This document shows positions 16,922 to 25,613 of a DNA stretch of 32,000 nucleotides, one piece after another. The translations under genes and the position numbers were made by a program. The DNA is from Erysipelotrichaceae bacterium OH741_COT-311 (lineage in GTDB: Bacteria; Bacillota_I; Bacilli_A; Erysipelotrichales; Erysipelotrichaceae), in assembly GCA_003858585.1 (NCBI GenBank), contig RQZE01000005.1:1-32000 (forward strand), written 5' to 3'. The notes below the pieces were generated by a model. That model did not search any database. It was not told where the DNA came from and worked only from the letters and a program-made list of their open reading frames with translations. The stretch's first letter is position 1. Every line of letters begins with the position of its first letter.

Positions 16922-16946
16922 TATGCAAAAACAATCTTTTTGCATA
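16922..16946. promoter_or_regulatory. Perfect 10-bp inverted repeat (TATGCAAAAA-N5-TTTTTGCATA), a candidate operator between the XRE gene and htpG.
   Basis: Read directly from the sequence. It lies about 59 nt upstream of the XRE start and about 20 nt upstream of the htpG -35. Confidence 0.45.
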
Positions 16947-16965
16947 AATAGTAAATTGAATCTAC

Positions 16966-16994
16966 TTGCTTAAAGCAAAAGATAGTGATATAGT
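16966..16994 (+). promoter_or_regulatory. htpG sigma-A promoter (TTGCTT-17 nt-TATAGT).
   Basis: The hexamers and 17-nt spacing were read directly. The promoter sits immediately upstream of CIRCE. Confidence 0.6.
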
Positions 16995-16998
16995 AGTT

Positions 16999-17025
16999 TT
17001 AGCAGTCTTTATTACAGAGTGCTAA
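16999..17025 (+). promoter_or_regulatory. CIRCE element (HrcA operator).
   Basis: TTAGCAGTC-N9-GAGTGCTAA compared with the consensus TTAGCACTC-N9-GAGTGCTAA has one mismatch. It lies between the -10 box and the AAGGAG SD of htpG. Confidence 0.85.
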
Positions 17026-17037
17026 AGGAGTGAAGAA

Positions 17038-18921
17038 ATGAAAAAACAATTTAAAGCAGAATCAAAACGATTATTAGATTTAATGATCCATTCTATCTAC
17101 ACGAATAAAGATATTTTTTTAAGAGAATTAATCTCAAACGCATCGGATGCACTGGATAAGCGCTATTTCTTAGCCTTAAGCGACGATAAGGTAAAACCTT
17201 ATACAAGTGAACTAGCCATTCAAATTCAAGTAGATAAAGACCATCGCACTCTTACGATTGTAGATACAGGAATCGGTATGATGCAAGATGAATTAGAAAA
17301 CAACTTAGGAACGATTGCCAAAAGTGGTAGCCTAGACTTCAAACAAAAAAATACAGATGAAAACATTGACATTATCGGACAATTTGGAGTGGGCTTCTAC
17401 AGTGCCTTTATGGTCGCAAAAAAAATTACAGTAGAATCCAGATCACCGTTTGAAGAAACAGCTTACTGTTGGCAAAGCGAAGGGGAAGATGGCTATACGA
17501 TAAAACCAATCTTAAAAGAAGAGATTGGAACAAAAGTCATTCTGGAATTAAAAGAAGATAGCGAAGAAGAAAACTATAGCGAGTATTTAGATAGCTATAA
17601 AATTCAACAATTAGTAAGTAAATACTCCGATTATATTCACTATCCGATTAAAATGGATATTACTACAGAAAAAACAAAAGAAGATAGCGAAGAAAAAGAA
17701 ATTATTATCGAAACCAAAACATTAAATTCCATGGTCCCTTTATGGAAACGTAACAAAAAAGAAATTACAGAAGAAGAATACAATAATTTCTACATGAATA
17801 AGTTTACAGATTGGAATAAACCAGCTAAAGTGATCCACTATAACATTGAAGGAAACATCTCATACAATGCTTTATTATTTATTCCTTCTGCTGTTCCATA
17901 TAACTTCTATTCAAGCGAATATCAATCCGGTTTACAACTTTACAGCAAAGGCGTATTCATCAAAGATAAAGCCCATGAATTAGTACCCGAATACTTCCGA
18001 TTTGTAAAAGGACTAGTAGACTCAAATGACTTAAATTTAAATATTTCTCGCGAAATTTTACAACAAGATCGACAAATGAAATTGCTTGAGAAAAGCATCG
18101 AGAAGAAGATTAAAAATACACTTGAAGATTTGTTGAAACATGATCGCAGTCAATACGAAGCCTTCTTCGATAACTTCGGTTTACAATTAAAATATGGCAT
18201 TTACCAAGACTACGGCATGCATGCGGAAACCTTAAAAGATTTGATTCTATTTAAATCAAGTTACCAAGATCAATATACTACACTAAAAGAATATATAAGT
18301 CGTTTAAAAGAAAACCAAGAACAAATCTACTATGTAGCCGGTCATGATGTAGAAACCTTAAAAAAATTACCACAAATGGAACAATTGCTGGATAAAGGCT
18401 ATGAAGTATTATACTTATTGGATTCTGTAGATGAGTTTGCCTTAAATATTCTAAGAATGTACGATGGCAAAGCCTTTAAATCGGTACAACAAGGTGAACT
18501 GGACTTACAAAGTGAAGAAGAAAAACAAGCAAACAAAGAAAAAATCGAAGAAAATAAAGACTTATTATCCGCGATTCAAGAAGCAATTAAAGAACAGGTA
18601 AAAGAAGTAAAAATATCTTCACGTTTAAAGAGTCATCCTGTATGTTTAGTAGCTGATGAAGGTTTATCCATTGAAATGGAAAAAGTATTAAAACAAAATC
18701 CGGAAGCCAAAGACATTCAAGCAACAAAGATTTTAGAAATTAATCCAAATCATCAACTATTTGAAACACTTCAAAAAGTACACCAAAACAATCCGGAACT
18801 CATCAAAGACTATGCAGAGGTTTTATATGATCAAGCCTTACTGATTGAAGGTTTACCAATTAAAGATCCAATTCGTTATGCCAATAAAGTATGTCAATTG
18901 ATGATTGATGCAAATAAATAA
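17038..18921 (+). CDS. htpG: Molecular chaperone HtpG (Hsp90).
   Basis: 627 aa. Canonical motifs are present: ELISNASDALDK, DTGIGM, GTIAKSGS and GQFGVGFYSAF. Confidence 0.97.
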   Translation: MKKQFKAESKRLLDLMIHSIYTNKDIFLRELISNASDALDKRYFLALSDDKVKPYTSELAIQIQVDKDHRTLTIVDTGIGMMQDELENNLGTIAKSGSLDFKQKNTDENIDIIGQFGVGFYSAFMVAKKITVESRSPFEETAYCWQSEGEDGYTIKPILKEEIGTKVILELKEDSEEENYSEYLDSYKIQQLVSKYSDYIHYPIKMDITTEKTKEDSEEKEIIIETKTLNSMVPLWKRNKKEITEEEYNNFYMNKFTDWNKPAKVIHYNIEGNISYNALLFIPSAVPYNFYSSEYQSGLQLYSKGVFIKDKAHELVPEYFRFVKGLVDSNDLNLNISREILQQDRQMKLLEKSIEKKIKNTLEDLLKHDRSQYEAFFDNFGLQLKYGIYQDYGMHAETLKDLILFKSSYQDQYTTLKEYISRLKENQEQIYYVAGHDVETLKKLPQMEQLLDKGYEVLYLLDSVDEFALNILRMYDGKAFKSVQQGELDLQSEEEKQANKEKIEENKDLLSAIQEAIKEQVKEVKISSRLKSHPVCLVADEGLSIEMEKVLKQNPEAKDIQATKILEINPNHQLFETLQKVHQNNPELIKDYAEVLYDQALLIEGLPIKDPIRYANKVCQLMIDANK

Positions 18922-18938
18922 TCTCCTTTAAGGAGATT
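18920..18938. terminator. Bidirectional terminator hairpin between the convergent htpG and CDF genes.
   Basis: AATCTCC-TTTAA-GGAGATT is followed by ATTTTAATT. Confidence 0.6.
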
Positions 18939-18941
18939 ATT

Positions 18942-20084
18942 TTAATTATAGTCAAAAATAATATGGATACAATGTTGCTGATCAAAGTGATGTTCAATGA
19001 TTCCTTTGATTTCTTGCTCCCTTGGTTTTAATTCATAAGGCATCAGCAACTCAAATCGAATACACGTTTTTTCTTCAAAAGCGACTCGAAAATCATGCAT
19101 ACTAATTGAAGGATCGATTTCTTTTATAAGAATCTTCACTTTCTTATAATAGCTATTTACCAATACATCATCAAAGTCATAAGGATCGGTATGTAATGTC
19201 ATTTGAATGTTAAATTTCTCTAAAATACCTTTTTCAATACGATCAATCACTTCATGAATCTCCAAGACACTGTGCTTTGCATCCACTTCAACATGCGCAC
19301 TCCCCAAACGAATACTTGGACCATAATCATGAACAATGACATCATGTACTCCATAGATTTTATCAAAAGTATTGATATATTCCGTTAATAATTTCAATTC
19401 AATTTTATCTAAAGGTTTTCCAATTAAATCATCAATAATAGATGAGCCGATTTGAAACGAAGAATACATCACAAACAAAGAAGCAACAACACCCATAATA
19501 CCATCAAAAGGAAGTGAAAAATAACGTACCAGGATAAGCCCGATTAATGTAGATGTAGTCGCAACAACATCGTTTAAGGCATCTTTACTTGTCGCAATCA
19601 TAATACGATTATTACACTTTTTACCATAACGATAATTAAACGCACACATCCATAGCTTCGCCAAAATTGACAGTACTAAAAACCCAAGCGTCCAAGAAGA
19701 CACATACACAATATGTGGTTGAACGATTTTTTCAATCGATGATTTTAATAACTCAAAACCAACAAACATAATCACAATCGCAACAACTAAGGTTGTAACA
19801 TACTCTACACGTCCATGCCCAAAGGGATGATCACGGTCTGCCGGTTTCGCCGCCAATTTATAACCATATAACGTAATAAAACCATTTGCACAATCAGCCA
19901 GATTATTAAAGCCATCCGAAACAATCGCAATGGAATGCACCAATGAACCCACAAGAAATTTCCCGATAAATAAAACAATATTTATAACTACACCAAGTAT
20001 GCTTGCAAGAACACCAATTTTACTTCTTACTTCACTATCTTGATAGTTTTCATTTTTAATAAAATGCTTCATGAAAAACTGCAT
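18942..20084 (-). CDS. Cation diffusion facilitator (CDF) family transporter.
   Basis: The track ORF is 18942..20147. The ATG at 20084 has an AGGAG SD 6 nt upstream. Motifs: HSIAIVSDGFNNLADC and DRDHPFGHGRVEY. Confidence 0.88.
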   Translation of the reverse strand: MQFFMKHFIKNENYQDSEVRSKIGVLASILGVVINIVLFIGKFLVGSLVHSIAIVSDGFNNLADCANGFITLYGYKLAAKPADRDHPFGHGRVEYVTTLVVAIVIMFVGFELLKSSIEKIVQPHIVYVSSWTLGFLVLSILAKLWMCAFNYRYGKKCNNRIMIATSKDALNDVVATTSTLIGLILVRYFSLPFDGIMGVVASLFVMYSSFQIGSSIIDDLIGKPLDKIELKLLTEYINTFDKIYGVHDVIVHDYGPSIRLGSAHVEVDAKHSVLEIHEVIDRIEKGILEKFNIQMTLHTDPYDFDDVLVNSYYKKVKILIKEIDPSISMHDFRVAFEEKTCIRFELLMPYELKPREQEIKGIIEHHFDQQHCIHIIFDYN

Positions 20085-20110
20085 AAAAAACTCCTTTTTC
20101 CATTTCAACA

Positions 20111-20653
20111 TTAATAGCGTATCATATTTTTCTCTTTCCATACACAACTACTATACGATTTTAAGTATGCTAAAGTAACACTTACCATAAATGGAAGCAT
20201 CATTAAAGTTACAAATAAAAACATATAAAAACGACTTAATCCTAAATGATCTTGCACAAAAAATGCATCAGGCAAGAATGCAATTGCAACACAAATCAAC
20301 GCCAACCACATCAAATACGTAAATGCAAGATGCACTACATGATACAAAGGTTTTTTATGAAGTTTACCAACAACACAATAAGTAAGACTGGTATGAAAGC
20401 TTAAGAAGTACCAAGAAGCATAAAACATTGGAAAAAATGCAAAGAAACCCTTTAACAAAAACCCCAAAAATAATAATAACACATAGATAAGAATAACTTC
20501 CTCCATGTCTATCCATAATTTAAAACGATAAAGCAGTAAAGCACTAGCCAGCACTCCCAATACAACCGCCATTTCTATATTTTGATTATAAAACTCTAAC
20601 ACACTTGTCATCGAAAGTAGTGAATGAAATAGAAACGTTACACGTATGCTCAT
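20111..20653 (-). CDS. Integral membrane protein, function unknown (about 180 aa).
   Basis: The track ORF is 20111..20818, but its 5' 55 codons overlap the divergent WYL gene. The ATG at 20653 follows a GGAGG SD (MSIRVTFLFHSLL...). Confidence 0.6.
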   Translation of the reverse strand: MSIRVTFLFHSLLSMTSVLEFYNQNIEMAVVLGVLASALLLYRFKLWIDMEEVILIYVLLLFLGFLLKGFFAFFPMFYASWYFLSFHTSLTYCVVGKLHKKPLYHVVHLAFTYLMWLALICVAIAFLPDAFFVQDHLGLSRFYMFLFVTLMMLPFMVSVTLAYLKSYSSCVWKEKNMIRY

Positions 20654-20720
20654 AAAAACACCTCCAAGTGCTTTTATTATAGAAGATAAACATTTATTAG
20701 CTGTACTATTTATAGGACAG

Positions 20721-20729
20721 TGATATAAT
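20721..20729 (+). promoter_or_regulatory. Extended -10 (TGATATAAT) for the WYL regulator gene. The ATG lies 7 nt downstream with no SD.
   Basis: Read directly. The sequence is TGATATAAT-AAGTAT-ATG. Confidence 0.45.
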
Positions 20730-20735
20730 AAGTAT

Positions 20736-21686
20736 ATGAATAAAAAACGCTTACGTATCCTATACCTATTAGATACCTTATTAAAACACAGCAGTGAACA
20801 AAACCCCTTGTCCATCAATCAACTCATTGACGCTTTAGATCAAGAAGATATTCCAGTTGAACGCAAAGCCCTTTATGAAGACATTAATGCATTAAAAGAC
20901 TATGGACATGACATAGAATACATCCATAATAAAGGCTACTACATTACAAGTCGTCTTTTTGATTTAGCTGAAATTAAAATTATTGCTGACATATTACAAA
21001 GTTCTACATTTATATCAAGTAAAAAAACACAAACATTAATTAAAAAACTAACCAAAGATCAAAATCAAATTGAATCAAATTTTTTACTTCAACAACCAAA
21101 CAATGAAAATAAAACCAAACACGAACAAATCCTATACAATATTGATACCTTATTACAGGCTATTATCCACAATAAAACCATACTATTTAAATACTTTGAT
21201 TATCATCTAAACAAAACAAAGACCTATCGTAAAAATGCCAAAAACTATAAACTCATTCCTAAAGCCTTATTATTCGATAACAATCAATATTATTTAATCG
21301 GCTATAACGAAACCTACCAAACCCTTTTAAACTTTCGCGTAGATCGTTTAGATCATATTCAACTAACCAATTCAGCAGCACCTATTGACCTTGACATTCA
21401 AACATACATCCAACAAAACTTCAATATGTATCATGGAAGCTTACAAACCATCACCTTAAAATGTAAGCATCATTTAAGCAACACCATTTTAGATAAATTT
21501 AATCAAAGTCTTATCATCAAAGACTATGACAATCTCTTCTTTACCATTAATGTCAAAGTCCCTATTACACCTACCTTCTTGGCATGGCTGTTTCAATTTA
21601 AAGATGACATTCAACTCTTACAACCTCAAAGTGTCATCGAAGAATACAAAGACTATCTTCAAACCATCTTATCTAGTTACAAGTAA
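20736..21686 (+). CDS. WYL-domain transcriptional regulator (wHTH, WYL and a C-terminal WCX-like domain).
   Basis: 316 aa. The N-terminal HTH is RLRILYLLDTLLKHSSEQNPLSINQLIDAL. The WYL core is LIPKALLFDNNQYYLIGYNETYQTLLNFRVDRL. Confidence 0.85.
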   Translation: MNKKRLRILYLLDTLLKHSSEQNPLSINQLIDALDQEDIPVERKALYEDINALKDYGHDIEYIHNKGYYITSRLFDLAEIKIIADILQSSTFISSKKTQTLIKKLTKDQNQIESNFLLQQPNNENKTKHEQILYNIDTLLQAIIHNKTILFKYFDYHLNKTKTYRKNAKNYKLIPKALLFDNNQYYLIGYNETYQTLLNFRVDRLDHIQLTNSAAPIDLDIQTYIQQNFNMYHGSLQTITLKCKHHLSNTILDKFNQSLIIKDYDNLFFTINVKVPITPTFLAWLFQFKDDIQLLQPQSVIEEYKDYLQTILSSYK

Positions 21687-21710
21687 AAAACAGTTCTCAG
21701 GAACTGTTTT
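21687..21710. terminator. Bidirectional terminator between the WYL gene and the deacetylase gene.
   Basis: AAAACAGTTC-TCAG-GAACTGTTTT is a 10-bp perfect stem. It overlaps the deacetylase stop codon. Confidence 0.8.
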
Positions 21711-23040
21711 ACTTTAAACCATAATATACTTTATGAGCTTCTAATGGAATCCCTCTAGCATCCGCTGCACTTACAACACTTGCTAATTGGTAACCTTCAT
21801 CAATCAACGTTGGAATTAAATCCAATACCGCTTGTTTTGTCTCCGGATGAATATCATGCAATACGATGATACCACCATCTTTCGCACCTTCTAAAATGCG
21901 TTGTTTTACAACTTCAATATCACGTGCTTTCCAATCCTCCGGATCGACATTCCATTGTATGATCGGATATTCCATGTACTCTTTTAAAGCTGGACTAAAT
22001 GCTCCATAAGGAACACGATACGTCTTCACTTTGTACTCTCCATTGGTTAGTTGTTCAACATCACGTGAAAATTGATACACTTCTTTCTCTAAAGCATCAC
22101 CACTTAACTTCACTAACGAAGCATGTGTATAAGAGTGATTACCTACTTCACTACCGGCATTTAAAACATCAAAAATAACTTTATGTCCCTTTTCGTTATT
22201 AGCACGACGACCAACCATATAGAATGTTGCACTACCATCATAACGCTCTAACTCACGCAACAATTCATTTGTAAAGGTATCATGTGGACCATCATCAAAC
22301 GTCAAACATAAGATTTTACGATTCGGATCCACAAATCGAGGATATTGTTTGACAAGCACATTACTTGTATAGCCTAAATCAATATTTAAATCTGATCCAT
22401 ATACATTTAAATCAACAGGAATTTCCATGTTAAACTCATTATTTTGTATATATACCTTATCATCCGCAAAACGATACCCATCAATTTGAATCGACTCATA
22501 ATCCGTTTTCAAATAAAAATCCTTTGAAAAATAATAATCATCATCGCTGTGTTGCTGTTTTAAGGTAGAACGAATATATCCTGAAACATATTTATAAATA
22601 TTTTCTCCAAATATATCTTCCTTTAATACACTATCCGTATTTTTATCAATCACGAACGAATATGTATTGACAACTTCATTATTTACACTTAATTTATATT
22701 TAATTTCTTTATAATTTTCATTAATATCTTTCACTTCATATTGACCCAATCGCATATTACGACCTTCACTACCAGGATGTTCCTTTAAGGTCTTAAACAT
22801 ACCTTCATAATCAATATCATATTTTTTAAAGCTGCTATCGTAGTATAAAACACTTGCATTCTTCGGTGATAAATCTTTTAATTTTGAACTTTGATTATCC
22901 ACAATTAACTGTTTTGGAATAAAATGATAATTTGATAAATAATACAATGCTCCAAATGCCAACGCAAAGACAAAACCAAGGGCTATCAATGCTTTAAAAA
23001 TACGATCTACTCTAACTCTTCTACGTCTTCTTCTATACAT
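21709..23040 (-). CDS. Membrane-anchored polysaccharide (peptidoglycan-type) deacetylase with a NodB domain.
   Basis: 443 aa. It has an Arg-rich N-terminus followed by a TM helix. NodB motifs are present: LTFDDGP and GNHSYTH. Confidence 0.88.
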   Translation of the reverse strand: MYRRRRRRVRVDRIFKALIALGFVFALAFGALYYLSNYHFIPKQLIVDNQSSKLKDLSPKNASVLYYDSSFKKYDIDYEGMFKTLKEHPGSEGRNMRLGQYEVKDINENYKEIKYKLSVNNEVVNTYSFVIDKNTDSVLKEDIFGENIYKYVSGYIRSTLKQQHSDDDYYFSKDFYLKTDYESIQIDGYRFADDKVYIQNNEFNMEIPVDLNVYGSDLNIDLGYTSNVLVKQYPRFVDPNRKILCLTFDDGPHDTFTNELLRELERYDGSATFYMVGRRANNEKGHKVIFDVLNAGSEVGNHSYTHASLVKLSGDALEKEVYQFSRDVEQLTNGEYKVKTYRVPYGAFSPALKEYMEYPIIQWNVDPEDWKARDIEVVKQRILEGAKDGGIIVLHDIHPETKQAVLDLIPTLIDEGYQLASVVSAADARGIPLEAHKVYYGLK

Positions 23041-23106
23041 AATACACCTTCCGAAACTATTCTAGCACAAAGCTCGGTAAAGGTGTTAAATATTACAATT
23101 ATGTTA

Positions 23107-23132
23107 TAAAAAAAGTGATGCGGTGCATCACT
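23107..23132 (-). terminator. HU gene terminator.
   Basis: AGTGATGC-ACC-GCATCACT is followed by seven T on the minus strand. Confidence 0.8.
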
Positions 23133-23135
23133 ATC

Positions 23136-23441
23136 TTATTTTACTAATTCTTTTAATGTCTTACTTGCTTTAAATGTCGGAACATGTGTAGCTTTAATTT
23201 TAATTTTTTCTTTTGTTTTTGGGTTAATACCTGTACGAGCTTCTCTTTTCTTAACTGTGAATTTACCGAAACCGTTAATATCAACCGTTCCACCCTTCTT
23301 AAGTGTTTCACTCATTTGATCAAAAACAAAATTAACTACCTCTAAAGAATCTTTCTTCGTAAGACCTAACTCTTGTGCCAATTCTTCCGATAACACTTTT
23401 TTTGTTTTTACAACCTTTTCTTGTTTTGTAACTTTTGCCAT
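23136..23441 (-). CDS. hup: HU-family DNA-binding protein with a Lys-rich N-terminal extension.
   Basis: 101 aa. The HU core is GFGKFTVKKREARTGINPKTKEKIKIKATHVPTFKASKTLKE. An AGGAGGAAAAATA SD region lies upstream. Confidence 0.9.
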   Translation of the reverse strand: MAKVTKQEKVVKTKKVLSEELAQELGLTKKDSLEVVNFVFDQMSETLKKGGTVDINGFGKFTVKKREARTGINPKTKEKIKIKATHVPTFKASKTLKELVK

Positions 23442-23593
23442 GTATTTTTCCTCCTATTGCTATTTTATCATAATTCCAAATAAATCAAGCCCAAAACATC
23501 AAAAAACACGCATTTATAAGCTTTTTTACAATATATTTAAATAAAGATGGCAACTTTACGCAAGTTGGCTTATAATAATCTAGCGAGGTTTTT

Positions 23594-24184
23594 ATGAATA
23601 AAAAATATATATTTCTACTTTTAGGCAATCTTATTATAGGCATTGCTATTTCCCTAGCTATGATCGCTCATCTTGGAACAGACTCTTTTAATACCCTTTC
23701 TGTAGGTATTAATAATAAATTACATTTAGGGATTGGAACCATTATGTTAATTATCAACACCCTAGCATTTTTAATCATGTTACGCTTCAGCAAAGAAAAC
23801 ATCAACATAGGAACGTTTATTAACTGGTTTTTTGTTGGTTACATTGTAGAGTATGCCCATAAATTTTTATCTCCACTTTTAACAAGTAACTCTATGATAC
23901 TACGCATTGCATTATTAGTTATTAGCTTTTTCTTATTAACGATGGGTATCGGTATGTATATGGCTTGCTCCTTAGGGATTGCTCCTTGGGATAACATCGC
24001 TTTACTAGTATGTAAAAAATATCCAAATCTTACTTATAAAGTACCTAGAATGATTCACGATATCATTGCCCTTGGCATTGGCTTTGCCTTAGGTGCTAAA
24101 GTAGGCTTTGCGACCATTATCATTGCTTTATGTACCGGACCATTTATCAATCTATTTGAAACATACTTTAAAACAAAACTATAA
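23594..24184 (+). CDS. Multi-pass membrane protein (YczE-like, my tentative family assignment).
   Basis: 196 aa with about 5-6 TM segments. A GCGAGG SD lies upstream. Confidence 0.6.
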   Translation: MNKKYIFLLLGNLIIGIAISLAMIAHLGTDSFNTLSVGINNKLHLGIGTIMLIINTLAFLIMLRFSKENINIGTFINWFFVGYIVEYAHKFLSPLLTSNSMILRIALLVISFFLLTMGIGMYMACSLGIAPWDNIALLVCKKYPNLTYKVPRMIHDIIALGIGFALGAKVGFATIIIALCTGPFINLFETYFKTKL

Positions 24185-24186
24185 AA

Positions 24187-24207
24187 AAACCTAGTTCAAC
24201 TAGGTTT
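24187..24207. terminator. Bidirectional terminator between the membrane protein gene and the rhomboid gene.
   Basis: AAACCTAG-TTCAA-CTAGGTTT is flanked by an A-run and a T-run. Confidence 0.75.
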
Positions 24208-24761
24208 TAATTTTGTGCTTTAAATAAATAACCAAACAGAATACCAATGACTCCTCCTATGATATGAGACAATTGTGATATGTTATCTTTTAAAAATAAA
24301 CCGTCAATAATTTGACCGCCTAAAAAGAAAATGCAAACAACAATTAAAGTCAATGGAATCCCTTTTCCATTAAACGTGCTACTACTTAGTGTGATTAAAC
24401 TAAAGGCTACACCACTTGCTCCGATTAAGATATGTGGAAATAATACTACATGTACCAAAGAAACTACAAAAGCACTTCCAAGTAAAATCAACAACATCTT
24501 TTTTGATCCATACTTTTCTTCCAACATTGGACCAACCAATAAAATAATCAGCATATTTCCAAAAAAATGTTGAAAATCGGCATGTCCTAAGGCATAAGTA
24601 AAGAAACGCAAATACGTAAGCGGATTAAGAAAACTTGAGCGATAGACACTAAAGAAATGATAGGTTGTATATTCTTTTGTAAGATATCCAAGCACTAAAG
24701 CCAGCAAACATAACCCTACATACGATAATATGACCGGAGCATTTACATGTATCTTCTTCAT
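24207..24761 (-). CDS. Rhomboid-family intramembrane serine protease.
   Basis: 184 aa. It has GASGVAF (the catalytic Ser motif GxSG) and a downstream His in SHIIGGVIG. Confidence 0.8.
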   Translation of the reverse strand: MKKIHVNAPVILSYVGLCLLALVLGYLTKEYTTYHFFSVYRSSFLNPLTYLRFFTYALGHADFQHFFGNMLIILLVGPMLEEKYGSKKMLLILLGSAFVVSLVHVVLFPHILIGASGVAFSLITLSSSTFNGKGIPLTLIVVCIFFLGGQIIDGLFLKDNISQLSHIIGGVIGILFGYLFKAQN

Positions 24762-24763
24762 AC

Positions 24764-25612
24764 TTACTTCTTACGAATAAACTTAATCGCTTCCGTAGCA
24801 GCCTTAGCTCCTTCATATACCGCTTTTGCCACTTGAAGCATACCACCAGTTACATCTCCAGCTGCATATAAACCCGGAATGTTTGTAGCCATGTTTTCAT
24901 CCACAACAATCTTATTGTTTTCAATTTGTGCACCAAGAGTTTTCGCAAAATCAAACCCACCAGCTACACCAATGGCAATAAACAAACCACTTACCGCTTG
25001 TTCATAACTCTCTGTTGCAATAGCCTCTACTGTTTCAGCCCCTTTAATTTCTAAAATTTTCTCTGTTACAACCGGTAAATCTGTTTCTTGGAATTCCGGT
25101 TGTAAACCATTTGTATAAATTGTTACATTTACACCAATGTTCGCTAACTCTTTTGCTTCATGATAAGCATATTCTCCATTACCAATAACACCAACTGTCT
25201 TTTGACGATAGAAGAAACCATCACATAAAGCACAATAACTTACACCACGGCCTTCTTTTTCTTTTAATCCTTTGATATTTGGTGTTTTACGAGCTCCACC
25301 GGTAGCGATAATAATCGCCTTAGTTGTAAAGCTGTTTTGGGTTGTTTTTACAACATAGTCACCTGTATATTCAATCCCTACAACTTCATCATCCACCATT
25401 TCAATATTCAACTTCTTCGCTTGCTGAATACCTTTTTCCATTAATTCTTCACCTGTAATCGTATCAAACCCATAATAGTTTTCATACTTATGATGTGTTT
25501 TAATACTTCCTTGATGCTTGGAAACAATTAACACCTTCATATTCGCTCTTTTTGCATAAATCCCAGCACTAATACCCGCTGGACCTGACCCGATAATGAC
25601 TAAATCAAACAT
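24764..25612 (-). CDS. Thioredoxin-reductase-like FAD-dependent disulfide oxidoreductase.
   Basis: The track ORF is 24764..25648 and starts at a TTG. The ATG for MFDLVIIGSGPAG follows an AAGGAG SD. The redox pair is CALCDG. The second dinucleotide site is GNGEYA, but no HRRxxxR motif is present. Confidence 0.85.
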   Translation of the reverse strand: MFDLVIIGSGPAGISAGIYAKRANMKVLIVSKHQGSIKTHHKYENYYGFDTITGEELMEKGIQQAKKLNIEMVDDEVVGIEYTGDYVVKTTQNSFTTKAIIIATGGARKTPNIKGLKEKEGRGVSYCALCDGFFYRQKTVGVIGNGEYAYHEAKELANIGVNVTIYTNGLQPEFQETDLPVVTEKILEIKGAETVEAIATESYEQAVSGLFIAIGVAGGFDFAKTLGAQIENNKIVVDENMATNIPGLYAAGDVTGGMLQVAKAVYEGAKAATEAIKFIRKK

Positions 25613-25613
25613 G

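Noticed and set aside
17038-18921. HtpG as a second GHKL ATPase that might belong to a defence module together with the adjacent XRE regulator.
   Set aside because: It is a full-length canonical Hsp90 with every chaperone motif, and it is preceded by a CIRCE heat-shock operator. It is a housekeeping chaperone.
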